Of a stretch of 64,000 bases of DNA, positions 49,508-62,553 are shown piece by piece; position 1 is the stretch's first letter, and each line of letters starts with the position of its first letter. The notes beneath the pieces are model-generated. The model was not told the DNA's origin. It saw nothing but the letters and a program-made list of their open reading frames with translations, and searched no databases. The stretch is taken from contig CM082596.2 of assembly GCA_040954595.2 (NCBI GenBank), positions 9,506,461-9,570,460 of the forward strand. The letters run 5' to 3'. The DNA is from Balanoglossus misakiensis (taxonomy: Eukaryota > Animalia > Hemichordata). The translations under genes and the position numbers were made by a program.

Positions 49508-52337
49508 TGCATTTGGTACTAAATTTTGGTAGCAAATGACAAGGAAAGAACATCTGATTTGGAAGTTAATTATACAATGCAAACATTTGGAAAAATTATT
49601 TACAGTAAATTAAACCACAACAAAATGAACTTAAATTCACCAAAGTTAACAATATCTTGTATATTTACTCTGCATCAGAAGTCACAAAAATCTCCATGTC
49701 ATTAGAAAAATATGCCATATTTCTGAATGTACGTGTAGTGTACAAAATATGTCCACACTGAGTAATCAAATTGCATGCACATACCGCTGGAAATACTTCA
49801 CCTCTCAGTTATAATCAATATTCCAGCGTTTCAAAAAATGTGTTGCCATTTTTGTTTGTTTGTACAATTTCAATATACGTTTATTTCTCTTGTAATCTTC
49901 CAAATTTGGTGCACAACCCCCATGATTTATGCAATATTCTTGTTCCCACTCTTTGATTGACAGCTTGGCTATTCTGTATGATTTCATCAGCTTTGTTCCT
50001 ACTTTCACCTTCGCTTCTATATATTCATTTATTAACTTCTTATCATTGGGAAGGGCCTTCAAAGAATTTCGTGATTTATCAAATTATTCGACTTCTTTTG
50101 TCTCTCCAAGGACAAATATCAGACTGTCCATCGTGGTTGAAGAAGTATCACTAACTTTACTCTGAGATTGATGACTCTTCATGTGTGGCTGTTATCTTTG
50201 CTGTTGATTTGGCAACTTCTTTGATACTTGACTTGCCTGAATGCAAACAAGAAAACAACATTAAGGTTTAACAGCAATAATAATGAGTTTTTCTTAAAGT
50301 GATTTCCTTTTGGGCCACTTAAACTGACCTGGGGTTCCACAAGGTCAACATGAAATATTGAACACCTATTGCCTGGCCATGAGGGCCATAGCGGCCGTTT
50401 ATTAGACCCGAGGGGCTGTGAGTTACCAGAATCATATGCGGCCGAGGGAAATAGCATATGATTCTGGTAACTCACAGTCACGAGGGGGTAAAAACGGCTG
50501 CTATGGCCCGAATATAGGCCAGGCTATAGGTGTTTTATAATAAACCTCATGCTAACAGCTGGGAAAATCTTGCAATTTTTTCTTGAGGCTGGCAGACGAC
50601 ATCTTCAGTGGTGGCCATTGTGTCAGACGACGCGACGCTGATTGACGTGACCGAGTCTGCGCACTCACGCGGGTCACGTGACCGGTTTATATTTTTTCTG
50701 CTATTTCCCTAGCGGTTCATAGTCGATTCTATTTTCCTATCACGTGACGGATTCTGGCGAATCACGACACAGTATTAGCATGAGGTATATTATAAATGTA
50801 CATATATGTGGGTGTGTCATGTTTCATATCTTTTCCCGCTCACACACATTTATCTTTCCTTTCTAAAATAAAATTGAAATGACTATCTCCTGCACTGTGA
50901 CATAACTATGTGTTTGGAATGTGCATTTGGTACTAAATTTTGGTAGCAAATGACAAGGAAAGAACATCTGATTTGGAAGTAAATTATACAATGCAAACAT
51001 TTGGAAAAATTATTTACAGTAAATTAAACCACAACAAAATGAACTTAAATTCACCAAAGTTAACAATATCTTGTATATTTACTCTGCATCAGAAGTCACA
51101 AAAATCTCCATGTCATTAGAAAAATATGCCATATTTCTGAATGTACGTGTAGTGTACAAAATATGTCCACACTGAGTAATCAAATTGCATGCACATACCG
51201 CTGGAAATACTTCACCTCTCAGTTATAATCAATATTCCAGCGTTTCAAAAAATGTGTTGCCATTTTTGTTTGTTTGTACAATTTCAATATACGTTTATTT
51301 CTCTTGTAATCTTCCAAATTTGGTGCACAACCCCCATGATTTATGCAATATTCTTGTTCCCACTCTTTGATTGACAGCTTGGCTATTCTGTATGATTTCA
51401 TCAGCTTTGTTCCTACTTTCACCTTCGCTTCTATATATTCATTTATTAACTTCTTATCATTGGGAAGGGCCTTCAAAGAATTTCGTGATTTATCAAATTA
51501 TTCGACTTCTTTTGTCTCTCCAAGGACAAATATCAGACTGTCCATCGTGGTTGAAGAAGTATCACTAACTTTACTCTGAGATTGATGACTCTTCATGTGT
51601 GGCTGTTATCTTTGCTGTTGATTTGGCAACTTCTTTGATACTTGACTTGCCTGAATGCAAACAAGAAAACAACATTAAGGTTTAACAGCAATAATAATGA
51701 GTTTTTCTTAAAGTGATTTCCTTTTGGGCCTCTTAAACTGACCTGGGGTTCCACAAGGTCAACATGAAATATTGAACACCTATTGCCTGGCCATGAGGGC
51801 CATAGCGGCCGTTTATTAGACCCGAGGGGCTGTGAGTTACCAGAATCATATGCGGCCGAGGGAAATAGCATATGATTCTGGTAACTCACAGTCACGAGGG
51901 GGTAAAAACGGCTGCTATGGCCCGAATATAGGCCAGGCTATAGGTGTTTTATAATAAACCTCATGCTAACAGCTGGGAAAATCTTGCAATTTTTTCTTGA
52001 GGCTGGCAGACGACATCTTCAGTGGTGGCCATTGTGTCAGACGACGCGACGCTGATTGACGTGACCGAGTCTGCGCACTCACGCGGGTCACGTGACTGGT
52101 TTATATTTTTTCTGCTATTTCCCTAGCGGTTCATAGTCGATTCTATTTTCCTATCACGTGACGGATTCTGGCGAATCACGGCACAGTATTAGCATGAGGT
52201 ATATTATAAATGTACATATATGTGGGTGTGTCATGTTTCATATCTTTTCCCGCTCACACACATTTATCTTTCCTTTCTAAAATAAAATTGAAATGACTAT
52301 CTCCTGCACTGTGACATAACTATGTGTTTGGAATGTG
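49508..52337. repeat. Direct tandem duplication, 2 x 1414 bp, near-identical
   Basis: ORFs repeat at offset 1414 (49771/51185, 49805/51219, 50179/51593). The junction at 50921/50922 has TG microhomology. Confidence 0.97.
50361..50795. mobile_element. Non-autonomous hairpin element (Crypton-like architecture); second copy at 51775-52209
   Basis: ~175-bp palindrome 50361-50534, then IR ttataataaacctcatgctaa / ttagcatgaggtatattataa. Confidence 0.75.
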
Positions 52338-55300
52338 GGCTTGCAGATTTATTTGGGGATGGGGGGGGGGGGGAGGAAATAAGAATGAGTGGAACCTTGA
52401 AATGAACAATCCCATACATGGTAACTTCACTATAGTAATAGTTACCTTCTTGAGTGCAGCAATTTTCCATACCATTGACTTCCATCCTTTCTGCTTCAAC
52501 TGTCTCCTCAGTGTGCTCTGTTTCCAAATCACAGTCTGTCATGTTGATGTCTTCCCCTGTACTATGCTGTGTCTGTCTTGTATCTTCTATTGGTATACTG
52601 CAACGGGTCTCCTCAGCATTGCTACCATGTAATGTCATGTTCCTTTCAGGTACACTTGTCGGCTCGATGTCATTCATGTCCATGGTGATATCAGGGGCAA
52701 GTATATCATCTTCTACTGAGAGGATGTGTTCATGGGAACCAGGATCAATCAACAAGTCATGGTCATCATCATCTACACCAATTGGATGCTCTGGAATTTC
52801 CTCGGATTCTATAAGGTAGTATAAAATATTGACATTTTTTTGTAGTGCTTGTATTATATAGTGTTATTTCAAAATTTATTACTGTGATAGACTAATCATA
52901 ATTCAAAAATACTTTCAAAAGTTCATTTAACTAAGCCGTTCCAGCCAGTATTTATGTCACTCAATTTTGCTAAATCAGGCGAGAAGCAACACATTTCGCC
53001 CATTAGATATACTTTCATTGAATTCATGTGATATTGAAAGTTGAACATGGCTGGGTATATATAGGTCAATTATTTTGACAGGCTGAAGTGAAAGAAATTC
53101 ATATTTTTGAAAGTAATGTTTCCCCCAAAATTATATGCATACAGATGAAGTCACTTATTTGGTTTGACTGTGATGTAATATGCTCTTACGTCTGCCATCA
53201 TCTTGAAAGCCTGTGACAGTGAGGCTACCACTTCTTTCACCATTGCTGTCATAGAGCTTTATCTTGTGGATTGGTAAAGCAATTGCTTCACTTCTTACTC
53301 TGTCCACACAATCTTACCAACACCTGTTGATATCACATTGTACCTTTTGCAGAGATTATGACCGGAAATGATGCAGATGAGGTCCTGGTTCCTATAGAAA
53401 TAAACAGGTAAGGAGATTGATCCAACATTCTTTATATAACAGTTTACACACAACACCAATGGCTAATGTAAGTGCTATAATCTTGGACAATTTTTACAAT
53501 AGAATTTTCCAAAATAAATAAGGATTTGCATGCTGTTAAAGGGACAAAGTCTCTCTCTCTCGCTGCCATTTTCCCATTAATATTATGTTTCATTCAAGAC
53601 ACTGTTTATGTTAATGTACATGTGGATATATACTGAATGAACATTCAACCACACACACCTTCCATCCCGCTTGTAGACACGAGAGTGAAAAACCTTGCCA
53701 AAATGAACAATCGGTCTCTACCATTTATTCATTTTGGGCGAGTTTTTACTCTCATATACAAGCATGGTGGAACTTGTGTGTGGTTGAACGTTCATTCACT
53801 ACATATACACATGTACATTAACATAAATGGTGTTTTGTATCAAACACAAAAAGAAAAAGGGCAGCGAGTGAGAGACCTTTTTAGAAAGCCATAAAACATG
53901 TGGGATATCCGAGAATAGTTCTATTATTTGTAAAAATGGAGGTTGCTCGTCACAAAAAATAACAGAACCTGCTTGACAGAAAAGTTCCATGAAAAAGACA
54001 GGGCATGTATAGATGTAATTTTTGATGCTTTGATACTATATTTTAGATTAGTTTTTCCTGTCCCAAAACACCATGCAATCTGTTGTATTATGTCTGCATA
54101 TAATCAACAGTAATTGTTATTGAAAAGAAATAAAAGTGTGAGTTAAAATATTTGGGACTAAATTGCACTGCAGATACCTTGAAATCATCCTGGGTATCAG
54201 AGTTAAAAACTCTATTGCTTCCTCATGTCTCTGCCACAATGCACCTTCTCCTGGCAGCAAGAAATCTGCAATCCTTTCATAGTGGCTTTGCAGTAGTGTT
54301 GGTCGTCGCAGTATTTCGTCCTCAGGGATTACTGTATTCTGACGTTTTGGGAGCTGCTTTCCAATTTTGCTAATTTCAGATTCTATAATTTGTGATGGAT
54401 CTCTTTCTTTTGTCATCTCTTCTTCTGCACCTAGACGTATCATGGCATTACCTATGATACCACCTGGATGCTTGGAGGAAGTTGTTTTCGTCACTCTCCG
54501 TATTCGATTGAAAACTCGCTCCTGCTTTTCAGCATTTGTTGACCTCAGAGAAACCAATCTCAGTTGATCAGGTAGATGGACGGTGACGTTATGGAAATAC
54601 CGCCCGAACATCTTTCGTTTGGTAAGTTTCTTTGGCTTCTCAAATACCCTTTTGCACAATATTCCATGCAAAAATACAGTGTTATACAATCGCAGAATCA
54701 GTCGTGGGCATCTGTCATTGTCATGTTTATAAGCAGTTTCGCTTATTTCAGCAAGCGTGTCAATAAGCTGACCGTGCTCAGTATTTATGTTGTTCTCGTG
54801 AAGATACTGGGACACCAGAAGGATAGCTTTGCGTGCATCACATCCCCGAATTTCGTCTTTACCACCATATGTTGCCTGAATAAAGTTCTGTAACTTTACT
54901 GCTTCTTCTTTATCCTTGGTTTGTGCTGGAATTTCTTCTAACACATTGTGGATGTGTCCCTTCAGGTCATGGAGTGGCTCTGATGGCAAAATTTCATATG
55001 CAGAGCAGTTTATTTCAGCAAGATTATATTCTGGAGTGAGATGGAGCAGTGCTGGTACTCTCTGCATACCATGTAAAATTTCAGAGAGTTAAGATTGTAA
55101 GTCTGGCTTCTTTAATCCTTCAGTTTCTTCACCCCTAGCATCAAGCTCTCTCCTAAGGTCGGCCACTGTTAAGTTGGCAAATGGATGGGGAGTTTGCCGT
55201 GACTTTTCTCTCCATATTGGGCTGCCCTTGATTAACAAGTTACGTTTCTCATCTATTGACAGATATTTCAGATGGTAACATGCAGACAGATCATCATGTC

Positions 55301-57213
55301 TTCTTGACTCTATTCCACAGATGCACTGGTAGTGACCTCCTTTCTGGTGCTAATCCTCAAACTCCTGTGCCGGTCCATCGCCATGAAAAAATCGGTGGAC
55401 ATCTGTGTATTCCCTGGAACCTTCGTCGGATGTTATTGGTCCTGTTGCACATTTTAGATCTTCTACTCTGGTTTCAACATATGACAGCTGATCAACGTCA
55501 TTGGAGTTGGATCGTCCCATTATATATAGATGTGGCTTCTCAACAAGCGAGTCAACGTTTACTTTTTTTCCGTGTTTCTCCAAGTACTCCTCATTTGTCA
55601 GATATGTTGCCGCGTCGTATATCCAGCTCACCATGAAGACAATGTGGGAATGGTTGCCTACAGTACTGTGGTCATGCCATATTTTGAAGTGCCGTGAGTG
55701 ATGTAGTCTTTTTAATTTACTGCGCATTTCATCGATGGTTTCTCCTTCTTTCAACTCGTGTATTCTTTGTAGCTCATCCCTTATTTCTTTTTCTTCTAGG
55801 TTTTGGTAATGACCGTCGTCATACCCATAAACATGGCTTCTCAGAACACCAAGCTTAATTTGTCTGTCAAGCTCTCGTTTTCGGATTGTCTGTAAGTTTT
55901 CTAGCGTAGATTGTATAAGTTTCTTCTTTTAATTTGCCATCTTTTCCAATGGTCATCTTTTGGAACTCTTTTGGTGCTATTAATTCACCGATGTCGATTT
56001 CGCCACTTCTTATTTTTGTTTTCAATATTTCTTGCAGGGCTCTTGCTGGTCGGTGTTGAGGAAGTGACACCTCCCCCAAGACCTTTCAATGTTTTACGGC
56101 GTACTCTTCTGACAAAATCTCGACCTTGAACCTTCTTATTGATATTGAACTTGTCAGTGTCGATGCCAGCTGAGGTTGCGTACTCTTTCAGTATTTGGCC
56201 ACCATTTGCAGCTGTTAGCCCGTACTTTCTCGCAAGGCTACTCCAGTTGACCTCCTTGCCAGCATCATAATTGGAAAGTTCACTTACAAATGAGCTTTTG
56301 TCCCATTCAACAGACTCTGTTTTTCCAACATGGTCTTTTGGTGTCAGCTTGTTGAGGGATTTACTCGCTTCTTGGCAGAATCGGTAGACTCAAAGTCAAC
56401 AGACCGTCAACATGATTCGTAGCAAGCAAATGACCGACCGGATCCTAGGATTGTTTTTAAATCTCCGTCATTTTTAGCGTGAGATTTTTCGATGCTTTGC
56501 TTGACATTAGTATAAAGTGCTCGTCTGTCTTTCTTTTTCTGTTCTTTGCTGATTTTTGTCTGTAGCTTGAACCCCGGAACTTTGAGAAGCGCTTCACTGA
56601 AAGGTGTTGAGTACACTTTATTGTATGACTCCTCTACTCGCTGATATAGCTGTCTGGCAGTTCTTACGGCAGATTTAACAGGGACAGTCAGCTTTGTCTC
56701 AAGTGGATTTTGTAGTTGTTGCATCTCTCCCATTGCATCTTCAATTACCTCAACAGTCGAGAAGGGAAGACTTTTGATATGTTTCTGATAGTACTTGTTC
56801 AAAAGCAGAACATCAACATTGCTACTTTGGCACTCTTGACAGTCAAGTGCTGTGTGTAGGATTTGCCTTGATAAAGGCAGTTTTTGCCAACTAGTTGCAG
56901 AAAAATGCTGGAGAAATACTGACATTTTTCCTGGAATTCAACCATTGAACTGAAGCACTTAGTGTTTTCTCAAATCGTGGCAGTTTAAATTTAAACTGGT
57001 AACTAGCATATTTCTGCTGTTAGCCATGATATCCTGATATTTGGCATACCTTTGTCCAATGGATATGTTGTAAACAGGCATAAATCTTGATGTATTTTCA
57101 GCCTTTTCCTGAGTAGACTTTTCGGAATTAGAAAGCTCTTTTGTTGCTCTTGCAGCTATGGCCATAAAATAACCACAAAATGCCATGATGACATGCCAAC
57201 TGAACAAGTGCAT
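51219..57213 (-). pseudogene. Large spliced DDE-transposase-like gene (RAG1/Transib/Chapaev-like motifs, SAP-like motif), decayed
   Basis: Long first coding exon ~57213-54178 with stops and frameshifts, then exons 53391-53190, 52808-52446 and 51650-51219 (GT-AG, phases compatible). Motifs: HTALDCQEC, VNWSSLARKY..NGGQ, IWHDHS, RFFHGDGPA..GGHYQCIC, LTVADLRRELDAR..LKKPDL, SEPLHDLKGH, YFHNVTVH, STNAEKQER. Confidence 0.78.
53540..53830. mobile_element. TTAA-associated MITE fragment, intronic, related to 35490-35685
   Basis: Starts ttaa|agggacaaagtctc..gctgccattttc and shares ttccatcccgcttgtagacacgagagt..tcggtctctacc in inverted orientation. Right end approximate. Confidence 0.55.
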
Positions 57214-58783
57214 ACCTCCAAATAACAGCTGAAGGGATCATCTGCTGCAATTTGAATATGGCGCCAATTTTACATGAACGAAGGAAAAGTTGAACTTTGA
57301 CCTTTCAAGACGCACTATTTTGATGGGGTAAAATGAAAACCATGTACTCACCAGATTGAAGTTGAAATAAAGGTTTATTTCCCTCATATAATGTTGTCAT
57401 GGCTTGTTAAATAAATGAATGAGTGACTGTAATTACTACTTGTGGCTAAAAATCATCCCAAACTGATTGGGAATTATGTATGTTCACGATTTTCTGAACT
57501 GTAGCGACACTAAAATGATCGTGAACGCGGGCGGGCGCTAATGGTAGCGTCCATGTCAGTTGCTAGGATGCGCGTATACGATCAGCTGATTTTACCCACA
57601 ATGCATCACGCCAACTAAGGCATTACGTAATGGCGCCCCTGGACGAGCGTCCCAGGGTAAGGATAATTTACGAGGCGGAAAATACGAAAAATCCACCGCT
57701 AAACAGCTTTATTTTCTGACACCTCTGGTCGTAATCGAAGGTTAACATGTTCGCCCATTTCAAGATTACGATACTGTGTTTGAAAACGAAGTTAATGATT
57801 CAGCATAACCCTATAAATGTTGGAATTTTGGCTGCCGGTCAATGGGTAGTCTATAATCTACATCGTCAAAATATTATGGCAGCGAAATACACTACAGTAT
57901 GGGTCCTATCAGAGAAAGTTGACGGGTTATAAGGTGAAACTAAAAAATAATAATGGGATGGTGAGCATCTAGCGGTGGATTTTTGGCCTTCTTTTAAGAA
58001 TATCATTTTCGACCCCAAAAATGCCACTATTTGTCACATGATAATAGGTTTGGAGGTTTTCTCGGAAATGTCTCATTTTATTTGCTTGTCTTGAACATGA
58101 ATTACATCAACTGATTGGCTGGTGTGGTTACAATTGTTTATGCTCGATTAACGTATTCAGTCTGTCAATAGAGGGCGCCCTTGTGTGGGCCCACGCCTTA
58201 ACGTACACGAGAATGGCGTTCCACCGGAAGTATCACCATGGTTGCCTACTTACTTCACAATTTCATTTTTATAGATCGATCGCCAAAAATTGAGATAATC
58301 CGAATTATTTTATACGTAATCATAATTTACGCGTACAAGTGTCGTTTGTTGTTCCGAACGTATGTTCCACACGTATGCCACGTCACGTGACAAGGACGTT
58401 AGCCAATCACATGTAACAACATCTGCATGATACTATCGAATCAGAGCGCGAGCTCAAACGGATTTGGAGAGACATCTTGACCGCGTCTCTGAAAAGCCAA
58501 AGGTCATTGTTTAAATGATAAAAAGGATTTAGCAAAGTTCACATCAAAATAGAGGAAAAATATTCACCTATCTATTATGTTGTTGATTGATTCATTCCAA
58601 GGTGTACATTAAGAACTGTCCCTCATTTGACTTAATAATCCAAATTACACAAACAATAAACGCATAAATTTTATTGTTATTAATGAAAATACTGGTAGAG
58701 TTGATAAGCTAAATACTGGACATTTAAGCATATCTCAATGTGCAAATATAGAACTTGAAGTGAACATAGTATCAATACCAGTC

Positions 58784-59491
58784 AGGTGGAAATTTCAGAA
58801 AATGAGCATTTTAAAAGCATGTCAGGCATTTTTTGGTACAAGCTGGGAACAAGTTGTTTTTGGATATTTCGAATACGCTGATTTCGAATTTGCCTGTTCC
58901 CAAAAATTCTTTTCACGTTTTCATGTCGAAAATGGCAAATTAATTTGTGACGTCATAATTTCAAAATACCTAAAAGAAAACGCTGTTTGTAGCCATTATG
59001 GTGCAATATCACAGGTCAACACCATAATAGTCTATTGAAATCATATTCTTATATTCATTTAAATATTTTTAAACAATTTTTTTAATTTAGAAACATTTTG
59101 TGAATTGGTAAAATGCTAATTTATGTTAATTAGGTCCAGGTGGAAATTTCAGAAAATGAGCATTTTAAAAGCATGTCATTCATTTTTTTTGGTACAAGCT
59201 GGGAACAAGTTGTTTTTGGATATTTCGAATACGCTGATTTCGAATTTGCCTGTTCCCAAAAATTCTTTTCACGTTTTCATGTCGAAAATGGCAAATTAAT
59301 TTGTGACGTCATAATTTCAAAATACCTAAAAGAAAACGCTGTTTGTAGCCATTATGGTGCAATATCACAGGTCAACACCATAATAGTCTATTGAAATCAT
59401 ATTCTTATATTCATTTAAATATTTTTAAACAATTTGTTTAATTAAGAAACATTTGGTGAATTGGTAAAAATGCTAATTTATGTTAATTAGG
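58784..59491. repeat. Tandem duplication (~354 bp x 2) of the Academ-like left terminus
   Basis: aggtggaaatttcagaaaatgagc at 58784 and 59138. Duplicated ORFs 58760 and 59140. Confidence 0.92.
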
Positions 59492-59802
59492 TGACACGCC
59501 CATCTAAAATCAATGGGTCTACAAAAGAGAGCCAACGGTGTTAAGTGAGGTGTCTATTCCAATGTTTTCAGGGTCAAGGAATTCAAATATGCAATCGTTT
59601 ACCTTGTCAGACAAGGTGCAGCATGGAAAATATGCAAAATTAGCTTAATTAGTCTATCATGATGTCATGCTAAAATTGACAACTGAAAGCTAAAGATACG
59701 ACTATGGCCTGTGAGGTGTCTATTCATATGTTTTTTGACAAATGTTTGCATTTTAATGAATAACTGAAATAAAACTTTTCATATTTGTATGTAATAGCAT
59801 GT

Positions 59803-59855
59803 AAAAACAACAAAAACAAACAAACAAACATACAAACAAACAAATAAACATACAC
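59803..59855 (+). repeat. (CAAA)n microsatellite, imperfect
   Basis: aaacaacaaaaacaaacaaacaaacatacaaacaaacaaataaacatac. Confidence 0.8.
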
Positions 59856-60328
59856 AACGAGGATTTAGTTTAGACTGTACATGCTCGCTGGTAACATCGT
59901 GACCGACCGCTCCGTTAAAAAACACCAGAACATTGAACGTATGAACGTTTAGGTCCAAAATTCACAAGTTATTGAACTATGAATGTATGTTAAATGTTGT
60001 GAAAAGCCAAAAACATACTTTTTGCCAACAAAACTGACATTTGTTAACGTACAAGTTGTTCATTAATAGCGAAAGCACCGTATGGCCACACTCACATTAT
60101 GCCAGCACCGTATATTCATGCTTAGTTATAAGACGTTGAATGCACACTGATGGCCCGACGTCCTCGGTGTTTTTTTGAAACCCAGTCTCTAACAACAATT
60201 TCTTTTCATAAGTAAAGAGTAATGTGTATTTTTATTACGGTTTTATATATGATACTGTGTGCAAAGTGAAGATTGAGTGTCAGTGAGGCAACATATATAC
60301 ATGTATATTTAATCCACTTGGGTGTCGT

Positions 60329-62553
60329 ACTTGGCTCAGATGTGTGTTAATGTGTACTAAACAAATTCAGATAGCGAGCCACAATATCTGTTGATGAGTT
60401 TCCATGGCAATTTTTTCAAAATGGCCGCCAATACAGGTAATCTTACCCACAAAATACCAATTATAAAACACCAAAATAAATTCATATTACAATATTTGAA
60501 ACAAGAAACTGCTCAAAGAGTAATTTTCAAAATATTTATCATCACTAAACTAGTTATAGGGGTAAATACAGGATCGAGATTCAGTCGCTAAAGAAATTCA
60601 AGTTTGGTAATAACACCGGTTACAACAAACTTAGTTAAAACACTGTATAACCATAGATATATTATAATAGTGGCCTGGCATAAACAACATTTTCATAACA
60701 TTTGGGCATTTTGTGATAAAAGTTTAACAAGTAAAGCTCAGTTGATTCGTTCTTTTCCCCATAAAAATATCTTTGATGAACAAAATTCCAAATTTAGTCA
60801 ACCCAGGAAAAACGGCATCTTGTTTCTCAACCTTATAAATTGATCTGACCAGTTTGAATCAGTGCAGAATTTAGCTTTTCTATTTTATCTTCATCAAATG
60901 ATTCATGCAAATAAAGAATCACTTCCCCATAAAATGGTGGCAGAAATCCATTATCATGACAGTCGATTGGTTTGTTAAAGTTACTATAGAAACTAACTAT
61001 GTCTAGGTTGCATGTATATAGATAGATGTTAGGAATCAAAATCAAAATCTGTTTCAAACTTTTCATCCAATACTTGTCCTTCGGAAAGCGTTTTGATGAA
61101 GTCGCTTGAAGTGCTTTGTATTGCTCAAGTTATCGATAATTTTAATCGCACCTTGATGATAGTCAGCAGTTCTATTTTGACATGTTATTTTGTGTATTTT
61201 TGAACCCCCAAAATCAAAGAATAAAATGATAAAGTGAAAATAAGCTTCAAAACACCAAAAGTCTTCAGGATCACAGCTTTTCTGTAAAGAGTAAGATTTC
61301 GCTTACTTCATGCTATTAAATGAAATGAAGTTTTCCGTAATATCTCTTGCAAAGTCAGATTACACATTGAGATATTAGAATGGAAGTACATTCCAAGTGA
61401 CTTGTTGGGAGCATTGGGCCACCTAATCCCAGAAAATTGCAATAAGACCTGTTTTTTCCATTTACCAATCTAAAGGCCAACTGCTTGTATATTTAGTTGG
61501 GCTTCTATAATTAACACACATTTTTGACAATATTTATGGCATGATGGACACTATTCTCGACAAATAAAATAATGTTTTGTCCTCCGCTGTAATTTTTATG
61601 AGTTTGGAATCATAGACACCATTTATTTTTTGGTCAACTCTGTTAACAGTCGACAAAATTGCTGGAGTGGAACTGATACATGATCTAAAGTATCAAGACA
61701 TATGGTCGATTATTAACGTTTCAGCAATTCGACTTAAGTTTCTTAAATTTCCTATGGCATTTTGACAAACATCAACGCCCCGAAAAAAACGTTGTCAACG
61801 CTGCGGTCGCGATTGTGGTCGAAACAAAGCCGACATTTTCGCATGGTTCGTTACCCTGGGGCCATTTAGATTGCATTGCGTTTGGGGCCCTATGTGTATG
61901 TCTGTCGAACAATAAACGTGACGACCGCGGACTCAGTTTGGATCAACGTCTATTTCGGGCAGTAGACTCTCCTATCAAGTTGATAAGGAAATTTTACCAG
62001 TCACGAGTAAGCCAAGCCCACATCCGTGTGCAAATCGGATATATCGGTGATCTGTTTATATGATTATCATTAGCTAAGGTGGTAAACTGTTGTGATTCAT
62101 ATGTGTAATTTACGTACTGCAAGTTAAATATCGCAATTAGCCTAATGTTTGACCATAGACAGTATATGGTTTGATTTCTAGAGGAGCACCTATTAATCCG
62201 AGAACAAAAGGATTAAAAGTTGCGCCGTTAAATTGTGTTTTAATAACTTACTTACCACTATAAGTAGTTTAGTAACCATAATATCTTTGAAAATCATTCT
62301 TTCCACAGTTCCTTGTATCAAATATAGAAATCTAAATTTATTTTGGTGTTCACAGATGTTATTTGGTGGGTGAAATTATCTGTATTGGTGGCCATTTTGA
62401 AAAATTGGTTGCCATGGAAACTCATCAACAGATATTTAGTGGCTCGCTATCTGAATTTGTTTAGTACACATTAACACACATCTGAGCCAAGTTTGGTGCT
62501 TTTATCACAAAATGCACAATCGCTATGAAAATTAGGGTTTGGCCGCTCCACTA
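60329..62553. mobile_element. Second, nested Academ-like element (left TIR truncated)
   Basis: acttggctcagatgtgtgttaatgtgtactaaacaaattcagatagcgagccac..ccatggcaa at 60329 is inverted at ~62410-62492. The right end is ggccgctccacta (TAG terminus). Confidence 0.65.

Noticed and set aside
57597-57603. CACAATG as Transib/RSS-like terminus of the RAG-like gene
   Set aside because: It points away from the gene, has no partner at the other end and no TSD. It fits a common cccacaatgca promoter motif.
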